Source: Acidimicrobiia bacterium (lineage in GTDB: Bacteria > Actinomycetota > Acidimicrobiia > Acidimicrobiales > Bin134). Taken from it: a stretch of 64,000 nt of DNA. The translations under genes and the position numbers were made by a program. Positions within the stretch are counted from its first letter, which is position 1; every line of letters begins with the position of its first letter. The notes beneath the pieces were generated by a model. It did not search any database, was not told the origin of the DNA, and saw only the letters and a program-made list of their open reading frames with translations. The stretch spans positions 20,382 to 84,381 of the forward strand of contig JAJEIJ010000019.1 of the NCBI GenBank assembly GCA_022827725.1. Reading direction: 5' to 3'. This document shows positions 51,713 to 60,976 of the stretch, in pieces.

Positions 51713-52918
51713 ATGAGTGACCGCTACACCATCATCTCGGCGGACTGCCACGCCGGCGCCAACCACGAGACCTACCGCGGATTTCTCGAGTCGAAGTACC
51801 ACGACGATTTCGACGCCTGGCGGGAGAAGTACCGCAACCCATTCCGCGACCTCCAAGACGGGGGCCGGGTGCGCAACTGGGACAACGAGCGCCGTCTAAG
51901 CGACCTGTACGCCGACGGGCAGGTGGGCGAGGTGGTGTTCCCCAACACCGTGCCCCCATTCTTCCCCAGCTTCATCCTGTTCGCCCGCCCGCCCCGAGCC
52001 GATCAGCTTGAACACCGCTTGGCCGGGATCCGGGCCCACAACCGCTGGCTGGCCGACTGGTGCGCCCAGTACCCCGATCAGCGGGCCGGGATCGGGCAGA
52101 CCTTCTTGAACGACGTGGACGAAGCCATCAAGGACGTGGAGTTCATCGCCGCCAACAACCTGCGCGGCGGCGTGCTCATCTCGGCCATCCCGCCCGACTG
52201 CAAAGACCTTTCCCCCCTCTACGACCCGGCATACGACCCGTTCTGGGCCGCCTGCGAGGACTTAGGCGTGATCGTCAACAGCCACGGCGGCACCGGCGTG
52301 CCCAACTACGGCAAGTACTCGGTGTCCGATCTGCTGTTCATCACCGAGGTGAGCTTCTACTCCCACCGGCCCTTCTACCAACTGCTGCTGTCGGGGGTGT
52401 TCGAGCGCTTTCCCAAGCTCAAGTTCGTGATGACCGAGCAGGGCTGCGCCTGGCTGGTAGGCGCCTTAGCCCACATGGACGAGACCCTGGCCAAGATCCG
52501 CGACACCGGCCGCATGGGCGAGATGCGCTACGACGAGAGCCACATCCTGCCCAAGAGCGCAACCGAGTACTTCCAGCAGAACTGCTGGGTGGGAATCAGC
52601 CAACCGGGCCACGATGACGCCGCCGCCCGCGAAGTGCTGGGCGTGAACAAGGTGATGTGGGGCTCCGACTATCCCCACAACGAGGGAACCGGCCCCTTTA
52701 CCCGCGAGCACCTGCGCCAGGTGTTCTGCGACACCGACCCAGTGGAACTCCAGCAGATTCTGGCCTGCAACGCCGCCGACCTCTACGGATTCGACCTCGA
52801 CGCCCTGGCCCCACTGGCCGCCCAGCATGGCCCAACCCACAACGAGATCGCTGTCCCCCTAGGCGAGCTCCCCGCTGAGCCCAACGAAGCGCTGCTCAAG
52901 AACGTCATCGCCGCCTGA
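51713..52918 (+). CDS. amidohydrolase_2 family protein, paralogue 2
   Basis: Trimmed to ATG 51713 (MSDRYTIISADCHAGAN...). C-terminal VMWGSDYPHNEG. Confidence 0.85.
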   Translation: MSDRYTIISADCHAGANHETYRGFLESKYHDDFDAWREKYRNPFRDLQDGGRVRNWDNERRLSDLYADGQVGEVVFPNTVPPFFPSFILFARPPRADQLEHRLAGIRAHNRWLADWCAQYPDQRAGIGQTFLNDVDEAIKDVEFIAANNLRGGVLISAIPPDCKDLSPLYDPAYDPFWAACEDLGVIVNSHGGTGVPNYGKYSVSDLLFITEVSFYSHRPFYQLLLSGVFERFPKLKFVMTEQGCAWLVGALAHMDETLAKIRDTGRMGEMRYDESHILPKSATEYFQQNCWVGISQPGHDDAAAREVLGVNKVMWGSDYPHNEGTGPFTREHLRQVFCDTDPVELQQILACNAADLYGFDLDALAPLAAQHGPTHNEIAVPLGELPAEPNEALLKNVIAA

Positions 52919-52995
52919 CAGGGCTGGTCGACAACAGAGCTAGCCGCATTGGCCTGATTCGCTCGCGTCCTTCGGCAAGCCCAAGAGAGCCAAGG

Positions 52996-53024
52996 GGAAC
53001 CAAAGACCATCACTGGGCGTCGTT
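52996..53024 (+). promoter_or_regulatory. candidate ECF-type promoter GGAAC-N17-CGTC(GTT)
   Basis: GGAAC at 52996-53000, then a 17-nt spacer, then CGTCGTT at 53018-53024, immediately upstream of the ECF sigma start. This would imply a leaderless or very short-leader mRNA. Confidence 0.35.
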
Positions 53025-53029
53025 GCCAA

Positions 53030-53566
53030 GTGATGAAGACTATCCCTTGGATGGCTTCGGGAGTTTCAGAGGGCAACCAGCCGATTTGGTATGGGCCCAC
53101 GACAACTGGCGAGATTCCGCGGCTGACGAGCTTCGACGACCTATACCGAGACGAATACGGGCCGATGGTGCGCCTCGCCCGAGGGTTGGTGGATGTGCAG
53201 GAAATCGCAGAAGAGATCGTCCAGGACGCCTTCGCCAGGGTGTACGAGCGCTGGAGCCGGCTCGACCACCCCGGTGGCTATCTGCGCACCGCGGTGGTAA
53301 ACGGCGCCCGCAGTGAGCTGAGGAAGCGAGAAGTAAGGCGGCGGATTGGCCTTCGGCCGTTCATTCCCCCCCAACCTGAGGATCAGGACTACCTGCTTGA
53401 TGCCCTCGACCAGCTCTCATCCCGTCAGAAAACCGTCCTTGTCTTGAAGTTCTACGCCGATATGACCGAAAAAGAGATCGCCCAGGCCATGGGAGTCCGG
53501 CCGGGCACGGTGAAAAGCGCCACCTCCCGAGGATTGGCCGAACTGCGAAAGGTGGTGGATCAATGA
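53030..53566 (+). CDS. ECF-type RNA polymerase sigma factor
   Basis: Region 2 (EIVQDAFARVYERW...YLRTAVVNGARSELRKR) and region 4 (LSSRQKTVLVLKFYADMTEKEIAQAMGVRPGTVKSATSRGLAELR). Confidence 0.85.
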   Translation: MMKTIPWMASGVSEGNQPIWYGPTTTGEIPRLTSFDDLYRDEYGPMVRLARGLVDVQEIAEEIVQDAFARVYERWSRLDHPGGYLRTAVVNGARSELRKREVRRRIGLRPFIPPQPEDQDYLLDALDQLSSRQKTVLVLKFYADMTEKEIAQAMGVRPGTVKSATSRGLAELRKVVDQ

Positions 53567-55533
53567 GCGACGAGCGCCGCAACCCTGAGAACCCGACTGC
53601 CCCCGACGATCAGGCCCTCGGCGAGGCCTTGGGCTCCGCCATCCGAGGACGTGTCGATGCCCCGACTGCCCGGCCACCGGTGTCATCGATTGCCGATCGG
53701 GCCGCCGCCCGGGCCAAGGCCCGCAACACCCGGAGGGCGGTTGTGGGCATCGCCGCTTCGGTTGCCCTGGTAACTGGCGGAATCGCTGCCTGGAATGCCT
53801 TGGAGGATGATCAACCCACTGAGGTAGTCGTGGTCGATGATCCCACTGCCTCCCCTGTGCCCGAGCCGAGTGCAGAACCGACCCCGGCACCAGCCTCGGA
53901 AACTCCGAATGAGCCAGAAGATGCGCCCCAGACTGATCCTGAGGTTGGCTCCGAACCCAAAACGCCGGAGAGCCTGTCCACCATCCCAGCGGTCGCCTGG
54001 ACAGAGTTCGAGCCAGCCCAGGTTTTCGGTGCGGGCTTGCCCGACGCCCACCACATTTTGTCTGTAGGTGACGGTCGGATGCTGGCCCAGGCCTACGGCC
54101 CCGACGGCAACCAGGTCATGGTGACTGAGAACGGCCGCGACTGGACGGTGGTTCCCATGCCAGCAGACTTCACACCCGAGAGATTCGACATCGCTGGGGA
54201 TCGCTGGCTGGTAACTGGTTCGAGATTCAACGAAACCAGCTTCGAGACCCAGGCATTCTTCTCTGACGACCGAGGAACCACGTGGACTGATCTAGCCCTC
54301 GACATTGTTGACCCCGACGAGACCTCCCGTGTCGAAGCCGCAGCGGTGTCCGGGCAGAACATGGTGCTGGCGGTCGAGAGCCGCGTCCACGTCGACATCG
54401 CCGCGGTAATCGTGGCTCGTGGCCTGGTGCCCGACAAAGAGTCGATAGGGGGCTGGATGGGCGTGGAAGGCAACACGGTGAGCTTTACTCGACACGAGTC
54501 GTCGCCGCCCGAGTCGTTTGAGCTGACCGCCCAGGAGGAGGATTTCCTCTACGGGGGCGATCGGAGCTTTATCCGCATCTTCCACAGCGACGGCGGAACT
54601 GCGGAACTCGTGGCCGAGTATTCGGGCTGGGATGTTGCCGGTTACGGCGCGACCAATGGCTTCCACCTTTTGATGCTGGCCGACGGGGGGGCGCTGGAAC
54701 TCACCTCCTCGGATGGCCGCCAATGGAGCCAATCTCCTTTGTCCACTGGTGATGGTTCTCCCGTCGACCGGCTCTCCAACTACTACGGGTCAACCAATGA
54801 GACGGTCTGGACTTCGGGTGGAGCAGCAGGCGAGTACCGAGTCGAGCGTCTCAATGGCGTGTACACCACCCCCCTGGCCGCTGAGCTTCCGGAAGGCATT
54901 GCCCATGTGAATCGTTTCTCGGTCGGCCCTTCGGGCGTCGCCATGGTGGCGGTGCCCGGAAGCTTCCCCGATGCTGACCTCGAGTTGAACTTGCGGGTCG
55001 CCAAAGACGGCTATGAGCTGCGCTACGCCGAGCCCGAGGGCGGCTTCACCCTGTGGGACTTGACCGAGGACGCAGCCGTCTACGTGTTCGATGCCGAGGG
55101 TGAGCAGAGCAACATGCTCCCTGAGGGCATCCGGATTGTGGAGGACGGCGACGGCGCTCCCGAACTGCTGGTCTTTGAGGATCCGGATACCGGCGAACAT
55201 CTTGTGTCGTTCACCAGGGAAGAACTGGAACCTTGGGCGAACGCTGAGAGCTTCTTGGCCGCCCCAGACATCAGACCCCAGCGGGTTGAAGCGTGGGTGG
55301 GATGGTCGGCCGACGGCACCAACTGGGTGTGGCAGACCCTTTCCGAAGCCTTTGGCCTGACTGGCCTCTCCGATGTTGAGAAAGAGCTCACCAACGTGGA
55401 ACTGGCCGTGGGCCGCGACTTCGTGATTGCCAGGGTCCAGCCCAACCAAGTCGATCCCTCTGATGTCCCCGGCGACGACAGCCTCATGGTCACCGGCGAA
55501 CCCACCCGCTGGTTCATCGCCAATTTGCAGTGA
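53563..55533 (+). CDS. putative anti-sigma/membrane protein with large extracytoplasmic BNR(Asp-box)-containing domain
   Basis: ATGA overlap with the sigma stop. Single TM AVVGIAASVALVTGGIAAW, a Pro/Glu/Thr-rich linker, and Asp-box-like SDDRGTTW, SSDGRQW and SADGTNW. Confidence 0.6.
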   Translation: MSDERRNPENPTAPDDQALGEALGSAIRGRVDAPTARPPVSSIADRAAARAKARNTRRAVVGIAASVALVTGGIAAWNALEDDQPTEVVVVDDPTASPVPEPSAEPTPAPASETPNEPEDAPQTDPEVGSEPKTPESLSTIPAVAWTEFEPAQVFGAGLPDAHHILSVGDGRMLAQAYGPDGNQVMVTENGRDWTVVPMPADFTPERFDIAGDRWLVTGSRFNETSFETQAFFSDDRGTTWTDLALDIVDPDETSRVEAAAVSGQNMVLAVESRVHVDIAAVIVARGLVPDKESIGGWMGVEGNTVSFTRHESSPPESFELTAQEEDFLYGGDRSFIRIFHSDGGTAELVAEYSGWDVAGYGATNGFHLLMLADGGALELTSSDGRQWSQSPLSTGDGSPVDRLSNYYGSTNETVWTSGGAAGEYRVERLNGVYTTPLAAELPEGIAHVNRFSVGPSGVAMVAVPGSFPDADLELNLRVAKDGYELRYAEPEGGFTLWDLTEDAAVYVFDAEGEQSNMLPEGIRIVEDGDGAPELLVFEDPDTGEHLVSFTREELEPWANAESFLAAPDIRPQRVEAWVGWSADGTNWVWQTLSEAFGLTGLSDVEKELTNVELAVGRDFVIARVQPNQVDPSDVPGDDSLMVTGEPTRWFIANLQ

Positions 55534-55579
55534 CGACGAACTCGTCCTCCACCTCAAACAGGACGGTGGAACTGCTGTA

Positions 55580-55612
55580 GGCGGTTGGTGCGTCCCCTCC
55601 GCACCAACCGCC
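55580..55612 (+). terminator. perfect 13-bp stem hairpin (terminator-like, no U-tract)
   Basis: GGCGGTTGGTGCG (55580-92) / CGCACCAACCGCC (55600-12) with a 7-nt loop, 47 nt after the anti-sigma stop. Confidence 0.5.
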
Positions 55613-55663
55613 CGCAGCACCACTCGCAAGCCCCGCTGGCTGGCCGCCACTTAGACTCGGCGC

Positions 55664-56824
55664 ATGATCATCGATGTGGATACCCACTGGGAGATCACGG
55701 GAGACTCGGCCGAGGTCGACCCCATGAAGCCGTGGGCGGATCAGATTCCCGACAATCGGACGCATCTGGCCAACGCCATCGCTGGCGACCTGCTCCAGGT
55801 GCTTCCCACCGATCGCCTGCCAAGCCCAGCGGAACTCCTGCCCAAGCTGTTCGAGCGGGCCGAAGACTCGGGCGGACCAGTGATCCTCCATCCCCGCCAC
55901 GACTCAACTGCGGCTGAACGGGTGGCGTGGATGGATTCGGTGGGCATCAACCACTGCCTGGTGAACCCTGGCGGTTACTGGCAGAAGCTCGACTACCTGC
56001 GGCCCGACGATCGGGTCATCGCCGCCCAGAGGTGCAACGACTTCCTCACCGAACAGCTTTGGGACCAGCGCGACCGGCTCCACTCGGTGGCCACTATCGA
56101 CTTCTCCGATCTGGACGATGCGGTGGCCGAGTTGGGGCGGTGCCGGGAACGAGGAGCCCGGGCGTTCTTCCTCTACACCTGCCGGGGCGCGCCCGCAGGA
56201 GGCCCGCCCGGCCACCCCGACTGGGACAAGGTGTGGGCCGCGGCCACCTCTTTGGGCATGGTGGCAGTGATCCATGTGGGCAACACCGAGTCGGACTTCT
56301 CGAAGTGGGCCGACATCGGCTGGGACCTGCCCGACGGGGCCGGCATCGGCGGGCTGATCCGACTGGCCAACACCCAGCGGCTCCATGCCGCTCAGAACCT
56401 CATCGCCAGCATGCTGTTCGGCGGGGTGTTCCATCGGTTCCCCAACCTCACCGTACTGGTGGAGGAGATGCGCGCCGGGTGGCTGCCCTGGTATGTGGCC
56501 ACGCTGTCGCGCCAGTGCCTTTCGTCGCCGTCATTGGGCGATTGGCCGTGGCCGGTCAGCGGCGAGGAGATGCTGCACCGCAACCTGCGGCTCACTCCCC
56601 TGCCCGGCTTCGGCGACACCGACGCCCTCGACGTGCTGGCCGCCCTGCCCGACATGGTGGTGTTCTCCTCCGACTACCCCCACCAGGAGGGCAACGCCGA
56701 CCCCATCGAGCTCTACCAGCCGGCGCTCGATGGACTCGACGACGGGGTGAGGACCGCGTTCATGGGAGCGACCAGCGCCGAGTGCTTCGCCCGCATCGGC
56801 GATCCGCTGCCCGCGGTGGGTTGA
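55664..56824 (+). CDS. amidohydrolase_2 family protein, paralogue 3
   Basis: MIIDVDTHWE N-terminus and C-terminal VVFSSDYPHQEG. Confidence 0.85.
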   Translation: MIIDVDTHWEITGDSAEVDPMKPWADQIPDNRTHLANAIAGDLLQVLPTDRLPSPAELLPKLFERAEDSGGPVILHPRHDSTAAERVAWMDSVGINHCLVNPGGYWQKLDYLRPDDRVIAAQRCNDFLTEQLWDQRDRLHSVATIDFSDLDDAVAELGRCRERGARAFFLYTCRGAPAGGPPGHPDWDKVWAAATSLGMVAVIHVGNTESDFSKWADIGWDLPDGAGIGGLIRLANTQRLHAAQNLIASMLFGGVFHRFPNLTVLVEEMRAGWLPWYVATLSRQCLSSPSLGDWPWPVSGEEMLHRNLRLTPLPGFGDTDALDVLAALPDMVVFSSDYPHQEGNADPIELYQPALDGLDDGVRTAFMGATSAECFARIGDPLPAVG

Positions 56825-56837
56825 AGCTAGCTAGAGC

Positions 56838-57995
56838 TCAGCGCCCCACAGGCTGCATGTAGAAGGTGATGCCGCTGGGGGCCTCTTGCTCGGTGAGGGC
56901 GTCGCGGGCCGCCGCCAAAGTCTTGCCCGCTTCAGTCTCCTCGTAGAACCATGCCTCTGCCTGCCGTGCACCCGGAGGCGGACCCCCGGCCAACTCCAGG
57001 GCGGCCTCCTGGTAATAGGCCCGGATGTCATGGGCGATCGCGATGGTGTCCAACCGGGGCCCGTACACCTCTTTCCAGTGTTCTCCGGCAGCCACCCGCT
57101 CGAGGTCGCCAAGCGCTGCGGCCACACCGTCGGCATCGACGGCCCGGCCCACCTCGGTGGTGCCCCGTCGGGCCACCGCCCGGTCGTAGGCGGCCCGCAG
57201 ACCCTGGGCCTCATCGATAGACGGCGCGATATCGGGGTCGTAGCGAGGCGGCAGCGCACAGGCCAGAGGCGTCTCTACCGCTTCCACCACTTCGGGATAG
57301 TCCACCAGCACGGGGCCCGAGGGGGCGTTGAGCAGGTCGAATGCCGCGCCAAGCACACCGTGTTGGAATTGGGCGTTGTCGGGCATGCCCAACGGGCGGC
57401 CCAGGGGGAACTCGCAGTACAGCACCCTGGGCACGCTCATCCGCTCAGCCACCGGTCGCATAGACGCCAGCACCACGGTGGCGATCCCGGCGTCTTCCAG
57501 CACGTGGGCCAGCACACACACGGTGCGCGTGCACAGTGGTCAAACCGGGGTCAAGATGGCCACGTCCACCCCGTCGGCCCGCAGCTCGGCCGCGGCGGCG
57601 GGTCCGGTATCAAGACGCACCTCTGAAACCGTGTCGGGCTGGTTGCCGGCGAAAGCCACATGCCGGGGTGCCACTGCCCCGATGGTTCCGTCAATGGCCA
57701 ATTCCTCCAACCGGTCGATGGGATACACCACGTTGTGATCGGACACATACGCAGCCCGGTCGAAGTTCGAGCTCCAATGGCCCAAGATCAGCTCCCGATC
57801 ACCCCGGTCGAGCATCCGATAGCTGGTATCCCCACGACCCTCGAAGCGTTCCTGATCAGCCCGGTGCAATCCAGCACTGGTCACGATGGCCACCGTGGCC
57901 TCGCTGAGCGGCGGCGGCGACGCCCACGGTGTGGACTCGAATTCTGGCACGGGCAGGTTGGCCATCATGTCGCGCATCACTTGGTCACTGGACAT
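56838..57995 (-). CDS. GrdB-family (glycine/sarcosine/betaine/D-proline reductase component B-like) selenoprotein; TGA 57540-57542 read as Sec
   Basis: Track ORFs 57540..58148 and 56838..57521 are in the same frame, joined by TGA plus 6 sense codons: ...ADGVDVAILTPV-U-PLCTRTVCVLAHVLEDAGIATVV. This aligns by eye with clostridial GrdB ...ADGVDAVILTSTUGTCTRCGATMVKEIERAGIPVV. Start set at ATG 57995. Confidence 0.7.
57512..57528 (-). promoter_or_regulatory. candidate SECIS-like hairpin downstream of UGA
   Basis: Minus-strand RNA GCGCAC-CGUGU-GUGUGC (6 bp including one G-U, loop containing GU) starting 12 nt after UGA. Alternative pairings exist because of GUGC/GCAC repeats. Confidence 0.3.
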
Positions 57996-58023
57996 GGGCC
58001 TACTCTCCCACAGCCCGGCTTTA

Positions 58024-59502
58024 TCAATCGGATTGAAGTGGGAACGATCTCTGGCGCAGCTCCGCGTACCGGGCTCTGACCTCATCGCCTGCGATACCGG
58101 CAGGAGGTTCCACCTGCTCTCCCCTCCCGAGCGGCCATTCGGCGGCAACTTCAGCCGGATGGCGGTCGGTGGCGACCGCCGCGGCCTGCACCGCCGCTCC
58201 TACCGCCACGGTTTCATCGTCGTCGGGCACGGTGACCGACTCGCCGTGGAGGGTGGCGGCTCTCAGTCGGTAGGCCTTCGAGCGAGCCCCGCCTCCGATG
58301 AGGTGCAGCGTGCCTCCTACGTCCACCCCGGCGGCCCTCAGAGCGTCGAGACCGTCGAACAACCCGCAAAGCACTCCATCATGGGCGGCCAGAGCCAACT
58401 CCTCGCGGGTGGTGTCGTTTCGCAGTCCGGCAACTAGTCCGGTGGCGTCTGGCAAATCGGGGGTGCGCTCCCCATCGAAGTAGGGGACCAGGACCGGCGG
58501 GTTCGGGCCGCCGGTCGCGGCTAGAGCCAGCTCGGCCAGGCCGGGGGCGTCCACGCCGAGCCATTGGGCCACCGTGTCGGTGACACGGGTGGCATTGAGG
58601 GTGCACACCAAGGGCAGGAAGCCGCCGGCGGCGTCGGCGAATCCTGCCACCGCTCCCGTCGGGTCGCTGGTCGGTGTGCGGGACATCGAGTAGGCCGTGC
58701 CAGAAGTGCCCAGGGAGATGACCATGTCGCTGGGCTTGAGCCCCAGGCCGAGGGCCGCGCCCATGTTGTCGCCGGTGCCGGGGCCGACCAACACCGACTC
58801 GGGCAGCCCCAATGCGGCGGCCGCGTCCGGGGCGATCTCACCAGCAGCAGCGTCGGGGGCCAGCACTCGGGGCAGGCGCGGCAGCCAGCTCTCCGGGTCA
58901 CCCACCGCTAATCCCAAGAGATCATCAGCCAGTTCGTTTCTGGCGGGATCGAACCACCCGGTGCCCGAGGCGTCACCACGGTCGGTGACATGGGCGCCGG
59001 TCAGCCGCCAGGTGATCCAGTCGTGGGGCAGCATGATCTGAGCAATCCGGTCGCCCAACTCGGGCTCGTGCTCCAACACCCAGGCCAGCTTGGCGATGGT
59101 GAAAGATGCCAGCGGCACCGACCCGCAGCGCTCGGCCCACTGCTCTGCGCTGTGACGAGCCACCAGATCTCGGGCCTGCGGTGCGGAGGTCGTGTCGTTC
59201 CACAGCTTGGCCGGACGCAAGACCGTTCCGTCCTCGTCTACCAGCACCAGTCCGTGCTGCTGGCCAGCCACACTCACTGCCGCCACGTTGGACCTGTTGG
59301 CATCGGTGAATTGGGCCAAGCAGGCCGCGAGCGCCTCCCACCAGGTTCCCGGTTCCTGCTCGCTCACTGGTGGTTCCCAGCATGCGTGGGTGTGTGGGGC
59401 GCTGGTCCGGTCCACCAGCCGACCCGAGTCGATTTCTCGCAATTCGACCTTGGTGGACTGGGTGGAGGAGTCCACCCCGGCCACCAGCGCGCGGTTCGCC
59501 AT
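58024..59502 (-). CDS. xylB: xylulokinase (FGGY family)
   Basis: VAGVDSSTQSTKV N-terminus and FGGY C-terminal motifs (GGGARS). 1-nt stop/start junction with xylA. Confidence 0.9.
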   Translation of the reverse strand: MANRALVAGVDSSTQSTKVELREIDSGRLVDRTSAPHTHACWEPPVSEQEPGTWWEALAACLAQFTDANRSNVAAVSVAGQQHGLVLVDEDGTVLRPAKLWNDTTSAPQARDLVARHSAEQWAERCGSVPLASFTIAKLAWVLEHEPELGDRIAQIMLPHDWITWRLTGAHVTDRGDASGTGWFDPARNELADDLLGLAVGDPESWLPRLPRVLAPDAAAGEIAPDAAAALGLPESVLVGPGTGDNMGAALGLGLKPSDMVISLGTSGTAYSMSRTPTSDPTGAVAGFADAAGGFLPLVCTLNATRVTDTVAQWLGVDAPGLAELALAATGGPNPPVLVPYFDGERTPDLPDATGLVAGLRNDTTREELALAAHDGVLCGLFDGLDALRAAGVDVGGTLHLIGGGARSKAYRLRAATLHGESVTVPDDDETVAVGAAVQAAAVATDRHPAEVAAEWPLGRGEQVEPPAGIAGDEVRARYAELRQRSFPLQSD

Positions 59503-60839
59503 CAGTTCGGCGTGGACCAGATGATGCGGTTTACTTCATTCTCCAGCCGCTCCTGACGCCCCGACACCGGCTGGGGGTCGAGCCTGTCGGCCACCGCTTG
59601 GTCGCCCAACGCGGCCAGGTCCACCTCGCCCTTCATGATTTCCGCGCCCAGACCCGAGTCCCACTTGCCGTAGCGGTCGGACCGGGCCTGCTCGATGGCG
59701 CCGTCGGCCAGCATGGCCTCGGCCACCAGCAGGGAGCGGGCCAGCGTGTCGATGCCGCCGATGTGACCCCAGAACAGGTCGTCTCGGGCCATGCTCTGGC
59801 GCCGGAGCTTGGTGTCGAAGTTGAACCCCCCGGTGGTGAACCCCCCGCCTCGCAAGATCTCGTAGAGAGCCAGGGACAGTTCGTCCACCGAGTTGGGGAA
59901 CTGGTCGGTGTCCCACCCGTTCTGAGGATCGCCCCGGTTGGCGTCCACGCTGCCGAAGATGCCGTTGTCCACCGCGTAGGCCACCTCGTGGTGGAAGGAA
60001 TGGCCCGACAAGGTGGCGTGGTTCACCTCGATGTTCACCTTGAACTCATCGACGAGGCCGTAGCGGTCTAAGAAACCGTGGACCGAGGCGCAGTCGTAGT
60101 CGTACTGGTGCTTGGTGGGCTCCTGGGGCTTGGGCTCGAGGAGCAATGTGCCGGTGAAGCCGATCTTGTGCTTGTGCTCGGCCACCAGGGTCAAGAAGCG
60201 GGCGAGTTGGTCGGCCTCTTGGCGCAGACGGGTGTTGAGCAGCGTCTCGTAGCCCTCACGTCCTCCCCACAGCACGTAGTTGGCCCCATTTAGGCGGTGG
60301 GTGGCCTCGAGCATGTGGCGAACCTGGGCTGCGGCGTGGGTGAACACATCCGGGTCGGGGTTGGTGGCCGCCCCCGCGGCGTAGCGGGGGTGGGAGAACA
60401 GGTTGGCGGTACCCCACAGCAGCCGCACGCCGGTGGCCTCCATCTTGTCGGCCGCCCGCTCCACCATGGCGTCCAGGTTGGACCGGCTCTCGGCTAAGTC
60501 GGCACCCTCAGGGGCCATGTCCACGTCGTGAAAGCAATAGAACGGGGTGCCCAGCTTCTCGAAGAACTCGAAGGCGGCATCTTGCTTGGCCATAGCAGCG
60601 GCCATCGGGTCTTGGTCGGGCTCCAGCCAGGGGCGGTCAAACGTGCCGTGCCCGAAGATGTCGCTTCCCGGCCAGTTGAAACTGTGCCAGTAGCACACCG
60701 CAATGCGCAGGTGGTCCTCCATGCGACGCCCCATCACCACCCGATCGGGGTCGTACACCCGGTAAGCCAACTGGCCGAGCCCCGCGCGACTTCCGGCATG
60801 CGCCACCGGCTCGGGAACAGTGTCGAAGAATTCAGTCAT
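59502..60839 (-). CDS. xylA: xylose isomerase
   Basis: [39 protein letters not shown] and [17 protein letters not shown] signatures. Confidence 0.95.
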   Translation of the reverse strand: MTEFFDTVPEPVAHAGSRAGLGQLAYRVYDPDRVVMGRRMEDHLRIAVCYWHSFNWPGSDIFGHGTFDRPWLEPDQDPMAAAMAKQDAAFEFFEKLGTPFYCFHDVDMAPEGADLAESRSNLDAMVERAADKMEATGVRLLWGTANLFSHPRYAAGAATNPDPDVFTHAAAQVRHMLEATHRLNGANYVLWGGREGYETLLNTRLRQEADQLARFLTLVAEHKHKIGFTGTLLLEPKPQEPTKHQYDYDCASVHGFLDRYGLVDEFKVNIEVNHATLSGHSFHHEVAYAVDNGIFGSVDANRGDPQNGWDTDQFPNSVDELSLALYEILRGGGFTTGGFNFDTKLRRQSMARDDLFWGHIGGIDTLARSLLVAEAMLADGAIEQARSDRYGKWDSGLGAEIMKGEVDLAALGDQAVADRLDPQPVSGRQERLENEVNRIIWSTPN

Positions 60840-60976
60840 GGTGAGCCTCCGTCATGGCGCCGTTGCTGCCACCGCCCGATTCTAAGGATCGCCCCCGACA
60901 CTCGCCCGATCACACGTCGAATGTCCGTGTACGCTTGCGGGGTTGACATCGAGCATCGAGTATGAGAGGCGGGTCC

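Noticed and set aside
60840-60976. ZTP or THF riboswitch upstream of fhs
   Set aside because: This would be the expected context for a pfl/ZTP motif, but no GACUGGCG...CCGCCUGGGC elements are visible on the plus strand.
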